From: a virus
Direction: 5' to 3' (one strand)
Length of the DNA stretch: 64,000 nt
IMG/VR virus record: IMGVR_UViG_3300042351_000809
Translations under genes and position numbers: made by a program
The notes under the pieces: model-generated
Told to the model about the DNA's origin: nothing
The model's input: the letters and a program-made list of their open reading frames with translations, nothing else
The model's database searches: none
Shown: positions 52,126 through 59,369 of the stretch, piece after piece
How positions within the stretch are numbered: position 1 is the stretch's first letter
Layout: each line of letters opens with the position of its first letter

Positions 52126-52320
52126 ATGAAATCCCTCACACTTCAACAGATACAAGCTAACTTAAAAGAATGGATGGGTGATAGTATAAAGCCCGATACC
52201 AGAAGCGGAAAACTTGCAGAGCGTACTTACATAAAGGCTCTTTTAGATACAGGCGCAAAAGTTCCACCGATTTGCATTATACTACTACAGAGTGGGCGTA
52301 GTATTGTAAACTTTAAATAA
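52126..52320 (+). CDS. Hypothetical protein
   Basis: Start moved to MKSLTL. Confidence 0.55.
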   Translation: MKSLTLQQIQANLKEWMGDSIKPDTRSGKLAERTYIKALLDTGAKVPPICIILLQSGRSIVNFK

Positions 52321-52431
52321 ATAACACGCCCCACTTCGGTGGGGTCTTAGAGTTGCAGACTTTGGGCACCCCGAATGACGCAACTCTTTTTTTTTGACTC
52401 TTTTTCCCACTCAGTGCTACTGTGTCCGCGT

Positions 52432-53304
52432 ATGAATAACACAGTTAAAAACGCTATCCGCCACCTCGTTTGCAAAGCCTACGACGCTTTTGCACAAAAC
52501 AAAACAGACATTGCCGTCACTTCTCTCCCCGGCTCTTCGTGGGAGTTTGAGAAATATGTGATAAATCACAAAGCTTATGGTGATACATTCGGGAATGTAT
52601 ATTCTCTTCAAATGTCACTCTTTGAATGTAACTCACAAGAATATCAAAGCAATCTTCGCCCCATTGCTACTATCTTTCCCCATAATAAGACAAGTGCCTA
52701 CATACTTAACCACTCTGGCGTTACATACAAAAACGAATACATAAACGCCAATAGCGTTAAATCTCTCAAATCAAAGAACATTTTCGCATGGTTTGACTTC
52801 TGTGGTAACCCTACAGAACATAACCTTGATTTGATTAAAACAGCCAAAGACAAAACTGTTACTTTCATTTTTACTTTCAATACTCACTGGCGGTGTGATA
52901 GTAACATTAGCCCGATTGTTATCAATACGGCTAACGAATATAACAAAGGATACGCTATTCAATGTTATCTGTTGACTCTGGCAATAGAGCTTGGTTTGTC
53001 ACTAGTCTGGTCGTTTGAATATGTGTCAAATCAAAATCCCATGATGACTATCTGTGTCAGTAATGACATGAATGTTATCACAAATCGCTCTTTGCAGGTT
53101 AAAGACTTCATCACTCACGAAAAGAAAGACAATAAGGCTGGTGTTAATAAGACTAAATTGGTTCTCAATAAACGCGAATTGAGCGCCGTCTATGCGGATT
53201 TGAAAGAGCGCGTTAGTGATAAAGAGATCTGTGAGAAGCATAGTATTAGTACAGGCACACTTGCCGCTTGTAAAGCTTGGATGACTATGTGGAAAGCTTG
53301 GTAA
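52432..53304 (+). CDS. Hypothetical protein with possible methyltransferase-like fold and C-terminal HTH (leaderless)
   Basis: SLPG, FE, AWFDFCG motifs; ATG 8 nt after TTGACT-18-TACTGT. Confidence 0.5.
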   Translation: MNNTVKNAIRHLVCKAYDAFAQNKTDIAVTSLPGSSWEFEKYVINHKAYGDTFGNVYSLQMSLFECNSQEYQSNLRPIATIFPHNKTSAYILNHSGVTYKNEYINANSVKSLKSKNIFAWFDFCGNPTEHNLDLIKTAKDKTVTFIFTFNTHWRCDSNISPIVINTANEYNKGYAIQCYLLTLAIELGLSLVWSFEYVSNQNPMMTICVSNDMNVITNRSLQVKDFITHEKKDNKAGVNKTKLVLNKRELSAVYADLKERVSDKEICEKHSISTGTLAACKAWMTMWKAW

Positions 53305-53449
53305 TACAATAACGACTGGGGGGCTTCGGCCCCCCTTTAGAGTTGCGAGAGTTGGGCACCCGGAATCCTGCAACTCTCTGGTTGTTTATAAACAAAAACC
53401 CCCTAGTGTTAAACACTAGAGGGTGCTTTATTTGATATTTGATCTGTTA

Positions 53450-53644
53450 TTATTTAATGTTTTCGGTTTTATTATTAGTAAACCTATAGACTTTAAAACG
53501 AATATTATTAAGGTCTTTTCTAATCTTCGTCAATTCAGCACGAATCTTTTCGCGTCTGTTTAGCAATAACCTTACAGACTTTTTCATCTCCTTTAGGTTA
53601 TTGAGTTTAGTTTGCAACTTAGCTATTTGCTTATCTTGTGTCAT
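53450..53644 (-). CDS. Basic coiled-coil hypothetical protein
   Basis: 64-aa ORF. Confidence 0.55.
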   Translation of the reverse strand: MTQDKQIAKLQTKLNNLKEMKKSVRLLLNRREKIRAELTKIRKDLNNIRFKVYRFTNNKTENIK

Positions 53645-53703
53645 TTTTGTTTCCTTCTATTATTATTGTTAATAGCAATACTACCAATAGTAGTATAAGC
53701 ATT

Positions 53704-54336
53704 TTAATGTAATTTATAACTAACGTTTGTCACTGATTTATCCCAACAGGCGCGGCAATTGAGACATTTATTATCTTGATTGGAGGCAGGACAATTGAAT
53801 GTTTTATCTTTTGACACACCAGAAGTCGTTAATCCTAATATCTTAGCAATGCCACTAGGCGCATTGCCATTTATCATTAGGGAAGAAAGACGAATAGTGA
53901 GATTGGAAGGAATATCACCAAATTGTTTCTTGTATTGAGTAACAAATGAATATTCCCTAGTCGGCAACCAGAATTTAATATGGGGAAGATTGATAGCGAT
54001 CTGACAAATCTTTGTCAAATGTTCTACAGATTGAATATCACCACTATCATGCCAACGAAAGAATCCACTCTTTTCTTTTGTAGCAATAGCAATAGTCATT
54101 GCTTCAACCCATTCGGGTTTATTAATAGAGTCAAATCGCTTTTGTAAAGCGTTTCTGACATTGGGCATATTATAGAAACCCTTTAATGCATAACACTTAG
54201 AGCAAACGCTATTCTTAATAGACACTAGCTTTCCGCCCGTTTTGCAGTACTTTGCCGGGATCGAATAGGAAAGACACGGCATTTTTGAGGGCGCAGAGAG
54301 TCCACCAACGAGGTCAAGGGCAAGGTCAAGATTCAT
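53704..54336 (-). CDS. GP88-family (radical-SAM-like) phage protein (leaderless)
   Basis: C..G......C..CYA, FRWHDSGD, FWLPTRE and C..CRACW motifs; ATG 7 nt after TTGACA-17-TAACCT. Confidence 0.75.
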   Translation of the reverse strand: MNLDLALDLVGGLSAPSKMPCLSYSIPAKYCKTGGKLVSIKNSVCSKCYALKGFYNMPNVRNALQKRFDSINKPEWVEAMTIAIATKEKSGFFRWHDSGDIQSVEHLTKICQIAINLPHIKFWLPTREYSFVTQYKKQFGDIPSNLTIRLSSLMINGNAPSGIAKILGLTTSGVSKDKTFNCPASNQDNKCLNCRACWDKSVTNVSYKLH

Positions 54337-54534
54337 CGTGGAAAGGTTAGCGCAAAGGGCAAACGGTGTCAACAGATTCGGTGCGATTTTCTTTGAGAGT
54401 TGCGCGATTCGGGGTCTCCATTTTCTGCAACTCTCTATGAGTATGTAGTTATATAACAATAAACCCCGATCTATCAAATCGGGGCTTATTTCGCTTATTT
54501 GTCTTTAATCTTGTTATTATTTAGAAACAAGCAC

Positions 54535-54732
54535 TTAAAGTATTTTATAATTAAAACTATTAACACACCAACCAGTTCTATCACTAATCATGTCAGCTAA
54601 TTCATCATCCAAAGCCCCTTCCATTATTATTAAAGAATTATCAATTTCAAACTCAAAAGAAGTTGGCAAGTTCTCTACCTTACCATCTTCTTCATCAATG
54701 TCATAAGATATATCAAATACAGAGACTATCAT
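54535..54732 (-). CDS. Small acidic hypothetical protein
   Basis: ISD.TGWCV.SF.Y motif. Confidence 0.65.
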   Translation of the reverse strand: MIVSVFDISYDIDEEDGKVENLPTSFEFEIDNSLIIMEGALDDELADMISDRTGWCVNSFNYKIL

Positions 54733-54841
54733 ATTAATATATTCTTATTTACTTAATTCTGATAAATAGATAGCCAAAGTAATTAAAACAACAGCAGGAA
54801 TCAGATAAGTCAAAAACCTTTTGTACATATTTAATTGCATA

Positions 54842-55105
54842 TTAGTGAAAGAAGATTCGTGATTCGTCTTTGAAAGTTTTCTCTTTGCCAGCTTCGTCCC
54901 ATTCGATACCGTATGTCAAACCTTCTTCGACATGATGTTTATGTAAATAATTGAAACCTTTGTATTGCTTTGCTTCCATCAGCAGGTCCGTCACGAAGAA
55001 CTGGAGAGTTCTGCGCTGGATGATCGCTTCGTTTTTGCTGGTGCAAAAGAAGTGATTGGCTTTCAGTTTGACTGATTCAAGGCTAACCGTTTTACGTTTT
55101 GTCAT
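54842..55105 (-). CDS. Hypothetical early protein (leaderless)
   Basis: ATG 7 nt after TTGATT-16-TACTAT; YKGFNYL motif. Confidence 0.7.
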   Translation of the reverse strand: MTKRKTVSLESVKLKANHFFCTSKNEAIIQRRTLQFFVTDLLMEAKQYKGFNYLHKHHVEEGLTYGIEWDEAGKEKTFKDESRIFFH

Positions 55106-55250
55106 CGGGGAAATAGTAATTCATGCCCAGAGGAAATCAAAGGAAAAAGAGTTGCGAGAAGTGGGCACCCCGGATGGCGCAAGTCTTTGGAGACGCAAAA
55201 AGGGGCACCCCGTAGGATGCCCCGCGCTGGCCGTATTTGGCGATCTGGCG

Positions 55251-56111
55251 TTAGTTGCTGGCGAGCTTCTTGAACTCAGCCTCAATCAGGCTGGCCTTGT
55301 TCAGGGTGACCAAGGTGCCCCGGTTGATGCGTTGCGCCAGTTCGTAGGAGGTAGGCTCGACCTGATGGGAGGTGAACTGCGTCACGGCGTTGTACAGGCT
55401 CCAGAGGCTGCGGTTCTTGTCCTCGCGGTGCGTCGGATCATTCCAGATGATCTTGATTTTATCCACGTTGCGGTCAGCGATCACCTTGGCCTTGGTGAGC
55501 TTGTCGAGGATAATGTGGCCCTGCTCCTGCTTTATAGAGCGTTCAGCCAAGCGGCTGAAAACGGTGGTGCTTTCCTTGAAGCCCTCGACCGCGCCAGCCA
55601 CAACGTCCACAAGGCGGGAAACGTCGAGCTTGTCGGAGTGCTTCTGGGTGAGGCTGAACTCATCCTGAAGCGTCTTCAGGCCGTTGGTGCAAACGAGGCG
55701 AAGGATGCCCATCTCGAAAGAGACGCGACAGGTGCGGTCGAAGGAGTTGTTCAGGATCAGGCGCAAACCAAGGTCATCCCCAACCTTGGGGAGCTTCACC
55801 AGTTGGTTCTTGAAGTCATACTGGACGTACACCCGCGCACCGTCGCGCATGGAGTACTCCTTGCGGGTGAACTCGCCCAACTTGTTGTCCGCGAAAGCGG
55901 TTTCGACAGTATCCATCAGGGAGCGGTTCTGAACGAGAGTGTAGCGTTCAGTGCAAACCCCAAGCACCTGCTTGCTGTCGGTGCGGCGATTGGCGAGCCA
56001 ACCAGAGGCTTCGCCATCAGGGGTGAGGAGCGGGACAGTCTCGACCGTGTAGTCGAGCAAGCTATCGGCGCGAGTGGTGGCAGTGGCGGGGGTGACGTTG
56101 ATTTCGGTCAT
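55251..56111 (-). CDS. DUF932/DUF945-family protein
   Basis: LG....Y..VQN, NSFD, RLVCTNG, H and W.LYNAVT motifs; high GC. Confidence 0.8.
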   Translation of the reverse strand: MTEINVTPATATTRADSLLDYTVETVPLLTPDGEASGWLANRRTDSKQVLGVCTERYTLVQNRSLMDTVETAFADNKLGEFTRKEYSMRDGARVYVQYDFKNQLVKLPKVGDDLGLRLILNNSFDRTCRVSFEMGILRLVCTNGLKTLQDEFSLTQKHSDKLDVSRLVDVVAGAVEGFKESTTVFSRLAERSIKQEQGHIILDKLTKAKVIADRNVDKIKIIWNDPTHREDKNRSLWSLYNAVTQFTSHQVEPTSYELAQRINRGTLVTLNKASLIEAEFKKLASN

Positions 56112-56433
56112 AAGTGCAGTGTTGATGTTAAGTGTTAACTGACGGACCAGAGGTTAGACGGCAATCAAATCAGGCGCAACTCCTTTTTCGCTTTTTCTTC
56201 AGATTTTTTTCGACTGAGAGTTGCTGGCGGCGGGGTGCCCTTTTTCTGCAACTCTTAATAATAAATAATTCTTGACAAATCTATTCTCTTTCTATCTATC
56301 TCTCCCCCTATTAAAACACACCAATCTCTTATTTCGCTTATTTGCTGGTATTATTTCTAATATTTAAGAATAAAATTAACAATATTAGGTAATAAAAAAG
56401 CCCCCTTTATTTAGGAGGCTGGTGTTTATTATT

Positions 56434-56507
56434 TGGTTGGGGATGATGGAATCGAACCACCACAAAGAGCTTCAAAGACTCCTGCACTACCATTATGCAA
56501 ATCCCCA
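56434..56507 (-). tRNA. tRNA-Gln(UUG)
   Basis: Cloverleaf, anticodon loop CTTTGAA, encoded CCA. Confidence 0.92.
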
Positions 56508-56563
56508 GTAAAAGAAAAACCCACTAGTTATATTTAACTAATGGGCTGTTATTATTTGGCTTA

Positions 56564-56779
56564 TTACGCCTTAACGTACTTAATCTTGCCAGACTTAACA
56601 GATAGGATCTTACTGACAGGTACACGACGATCAGCATCAGCATTCACATCATAAAAAGAAACAGTCTTATTAGATGCAGATAGGATCTGAGCGCAGAACG
56701 TGGTGTTCTCCTTCTTAGAACCAACAACTAGGGTAGTGAAACGACCGGCAGTATTATTTAGTGTATCAGTTAATGACAT
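56564..56779 (-). CDS. Hypothetical protein (leaderless)
   Basis: 71 aa; ATG 7 nt after TAGTAT. Confidence 0.65.
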   Translation of the reverse strand: MSLTDTLNNTAGRFTTLVVGSKKENTTFCAQILSASNKTVSFYDVNADADRRVPVSKILSVKSGKIKYVKA

Positions 56780-56789
56780 ACACTACATA

Positions 56790-56930
56790 CTAGTCACCGG
56801 AGAGCTTTTTGTACAAAAAAAATAAAGAAATAACCAACAAAGCAAATCCTGCGGGAATCTTAATCATCACCAATCCAAACAAGAATAAAAAGAAGATAAA
56901 GAAGTAAGATTGATTTGTTTCGATTTCCAT
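56790..56930 (-). CDS. Small membrane protein
   Basis: 46 aa read by eye (MEIETNQSYFFIFFLFLFG...). Confidence 0.4.
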   Translation of the reverse strand: MEIETNQSYFFIFFLFLFGLVMIKIPAGFALLVISLFFLYKKLSGD

Positions 56931-57205
56931 ATAAGAGAAAGAAAAAATAAGTAGAAGGCCCCGATTTTATGAGTTACGGCGCAGGTTTCAATGAGGTACG
57001 AATAACACAGCACAACATGACCAATTCTAGCAGACAATCTAGAATATACTCTTTACCTTTAATTTACTTCTACTTATTTAAAAGGGGTTAATTGCCACCG
57101 AATAGTTGAGCTATCTCCCAACTCTCCAAACCATACTTGACGAATTGCTCTATGTCAAGCTCCTCATACCGGAAATACGATAGGGAATATTCTTCCCCCT
57201 CTTTC

Positions 57206-57370
57206 TTAATGAGAATCATGCTGTGCGGCGGGTAGAGTTGCATTTGATTTCTTTTCGATTTCAATTATTTCGCCGATTAGATCATAAAGTTTGTCACTAA
57301 TATTCCACAAGTTTTTAGTGGCATGGCGATTAATGAACTCCTGCACAATGAATAACTGCTCTTTTTGCAT
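57206..57370 (-). CDS. Small hypothetical protein
   Basis: Start moved to MQKEQL, outside tRNA-Arg. Confidence 0.4.
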   Translation of the reverse strand: MQKEQLFIVQEFINRHATKNLWNISDKLYDLIGEIIEIEKKSNATLPAAQHDSH

Positions 57371-57393
57371 ATTTACTAAGTGTTTGTTAAAGT

Positions 57394-57470
57394 TGGCGTC
57401 CTCGGCAGGATTTGAACCTGCGACCATCCGCTTAGAAGGCGGATGCTCTATCCAACTGAGCTACGAGGAC
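57394..57470 (-). tRNA. tRNA-Arg(UCU)
   Basis: Cloverleaf, anticodon loop CTTCTAA, CCA. Confidence 0.95.
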
Positions 57471-57745
57471 GTTAAATCTCACTAGAATCTTCTAGCAAGG
57501 AAAATATTCGATGTTGGTTTACGGGAAAATCTTCAGTATTTTTATAATCTACAACACGATATCTTGCGTAGATCAACCCACTCACTCTCCACGACATTGA
57601 TACTTGCAATTATCAACTCTTTCTTCAGCATCATGAGCTTGCTGACATCGAATAAAATTATAAAAGAACTAAAATCGACCCATTGTTGTCGCAGTGTAAG
57701 GGGACTTGAAACATTATCCCTTGGGCGCACTGTTTGTTCGCAGAT

Positions 57746-57916
57746 CAGGTCACTCAGACGCTTGATATACCGGAAACTTCCAGCACCCCAAGCTACGTCT
57801 CGCTTGAACGACTGTCCTCATTGCTGCAAAAGTATTTGTGCAGTTTATACAGGATTTTCTGCACTAGCCTCTCTATCAGACTTTGTTAGCTGTCCAAAGC
57901 ATCAAGCTGAGTCCTG
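57746..57916 (-). ncRNA. Candidate structured ncRNA (~170 nt)
   Basis: Long bulged closing stem CAGG-ACTCAG-CTTGAT / ATCAAG-CTGAGT-CCTG with internal hairpins; between tRNAs. Confidence 0.45.
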
Positions 57917-57925
57917 TTGGCAAAT

Positions 57926-58013
57926 TGGTGCCACGGGCCGGACTTGAACCGGCACGACCTGTTAGGATCTAGAGATTTTAAGTCTCTTGTGTCTGCCATT
58001 TCACCACCGTGGC
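57926..58013 (-). tRNA. tRNA-Leu(UAA)
   Basis: Long variable arm, anticodon loop CTTAAAA, CCA. Confidence 0.95.
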
Positions 58014-58018
58014 GTATC

Positions 58019-58094
58019 TGGTAGTCTCGGTAGGATTTGAACCCACAGCCTAGCGGTTATATGCCGCTTGCTCTAACCGTTGAGCTACGAGACC
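58019..58094 (-). tRNA. tRNA-Ile(UAU) with non-canonical A33
   Basis: AGCGG-CATATAA-CCGCT anticodon arm, CCA. Confidence 0.8.
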
Positions 58095-58117
58095 ATCAAA
58101 TTTAAAAGAACAAAAGC

Positions 58118-58194
58118 TGGTGGGCCAAACCGGACTTGAACCGATAACCAAGGAATTATGAGTTCCCTGCTCTAACCAATTGAGCTACTGGCCC
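58118..58194 (-). tRNA. tRNA(CAU), likely Ile2 (lysidine type)
   Basis: Loop CTCATAA; G1-C72 so not initiator; C4-G69 and C5-G68 are TilS determinants in E. coli. Confidence 0.75.
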
Positions 58195-58197
58195 GAA

Positions 58198-58424
58198 TAA
58201 GTAAGATGCAATTCCAATTGCTTTCAAAATCAAGATGTGATCCATAATGATTTCTACTATCTTACTTAAAAATAGAGTAAAGTGTAATTCCAATTACTTC
58301 GAATTTTATCTTATATCGCTCTAAGATAAAGTCTACTTCTTTACTCAAATTAATTGAGCGGGAAGGAAACTATTTCCTTAATTAAATCTAACACACATTA
58401 GATCTAACTGACTCCGCCGCTCAA
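58198..58424 (-). ncRNA. Three tandem tRNA-sized three-way-junction elements
   Basis: 58198-58268, 58275-58346 and 58354-58424, each with an 8-10 bp closing stem and two internal hairpins. Confidence 0.55.
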
Positions 58425-58442
58425 AATGATAAAGAACGAAAA

Positions 58443-58518
58443 TGGTGCATCCAGTGAGACTTGAACTCACAACCCTCGGCTTAAAAGGCCGATGCTACTA
58501 CCGTTGAGCTATGGATGC
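58443..58518 (-). tRNA. tRNA-Lys(UUU)
   Basis: Anticodon loop CTTTTAA, CCA. Confidence 0.93.
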
Positions 58519-58538
58519 ATCTAAAGAACATTTAAACC

Positions 58539-58943
58539 TTAACCCGTCTGAGCCTCACTGTCAACCGCTTTTTTCTTTTTTCTGAAGGCTTTCATGTACT
58601 CAGATTTTGCCTTCTTGCATGTCTTACATTTACAATATCTGTAACTTGATAATGTACCGTGCGTAATCTTAGCCGAAACTCGACCCATGTCAAGCAAAGT
58701 TTTTTCTTCGTGACATTTTTTGCACAGTAATTGACATTTGCTAATTTCTAAATCAAAAACTTCTTTTTTGCTATTCCACAAATGGGCAATAGTAAAATTT
58801 TTTGTTTCTGGATTTATATGGTCAAGTTGTAAATCTTCAATAGAATTACATTTAATACATTTTCCTCCTAATTTATTTCTAGCTTCGCTCATTCTTTTGT
58901 GATAACGAAGCCGCATGTAATCTTTCATGTATGAATTAGTCAT
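58539..58943 (-). CDS. HNH endonuclease inside the tRNA cluster
   Basis: CIKC...LQLDHINP...KCQLLCKKCH..KT; C-terminal HGT...Y..CKC..C. Confidence 0.85.
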   Translation of the reverse strand: MTNSYMKDYMRLRYHKRMSEARNKLGGKCIKCNSIEDLQLDHINPETKNFTIAHLWNSKKEVFDLEISKCQLLCKKCHEEKTLLDMGRVSAKITHGTLSSYRYCKCKTCKKAKSEYMKAFRKKKKAVDSEAQTG

Positions 58944-59045
58944 ACATAATATTACACTAAAAATAAGCTGCTCTACATTATTTTAAAGAACAGGGACAAT
59001 TTACACCGTCCTACACTTTCGTCAACCCTTTTTCGAAAGTTTTTT

Positions 59046-59120
59046 TGGCTCTAGGGGAGGGACTCGAACCCCCAACCAACGCATTAACAGTGCGCCGCGC
59101 TACCATTGCGCCACCCTAGA
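59046..59120 (-). tRNA. tRNA-Asn(GUU)
   Basis: Anticodon loop CTGTTAA, CCA; upstream TTGACG-17-TAGGGT. Confidence 0.93.
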
Positions 59121-59153
59121 ACACAAGCACCCTACACCATACATCATACCCCG

Positions 59154-59360
59154 TCAACCACGAAAAGAGAAAATTTTTCCGCCAAGTATTTTGCTTTTCT
59201 TGAAGGCTTTGTAATCATTATCATCCTCCAAATCAAACCCATAGATGTACTCGTTATCTTCTTTGATGGCATTAATTGTTCGCCACTTAGTAATATTTTT
59301 ATTCGAATAAACAAACTCAAGTGTATTATTTACTCTGTCATTGGTATTATTTGGCTTCAT
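59154..59360 (-). CDS. Small WYL/Sm-like hypothetical protein
   Basis: LEFVY...WRTI...YIYGFDL....YKAFK.SKI pattern. Confidence 0.5.
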   Translation of the reverse strand: MKPNNTNDRVNNTLEFVYSNKNITKWRTINAIKEDNEYIYGFDLEDDNDYKAFKKSKILGGKIFSFRG

Positions 59361-59369
59361 TTGATTTAA

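Larger units (their letters stand above)
45330..56255. repeat. Dispersed array of 15 copies of a 39-bp dyad AGAGTTGC-N7-GGGSWSCCC-N7-GCAACTCT
   Basis: Copies start at 45330, 45878, 46978, 47662, 48230, 48600, 49137, 49535, 50025, 51106, 52349, 53339, 54396, 55148 and 56217. All have a 23-bp spacer between the 8-bp arms and at most one arm mismatch. Confidence 0.95.

Noticed and set aside
47761-54477. Long N-terminal extensions in the ORF track (48264, 48609, 49983, 51103, 52375, 54477)
   Set aside because: They run through the 39-bp repeat and promoter; the downstream leaderless ATGs fit better.
55056-56138. 360-aa plus-strand ORF
   Set aside because: Antisense shadow of the GC-rich DUF932 gene; it runs through a repeat and a terminator.
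45330-56255. CRISPR array
   Set aside because: Intervals are 370-1243 bp and contain whole genes; the repeat middle is degenerate; no cas genes in the window.
45330-56255. Canonical integron attC sites
   Set aside because: The GTT/AAC arms are in the reverse order to attC (RYYYAAC...GTTRRRY), the site is shorter, cassettes carry their own promoters in both orientations, and no IntI is visible.
57234-57241. A sixteenth repeat copy
   Set aside because: Lone AGAGTTGC half-site with no core and no partner arm 23 bp away.
57480-57925. tmRNA or RNase P RNA
   Set aside because: No tRNA-Ala-like ends or tag ORF. GAGGACAGTCG only loosely resembles the RNase P motif, and the matching 3' motif was not found.
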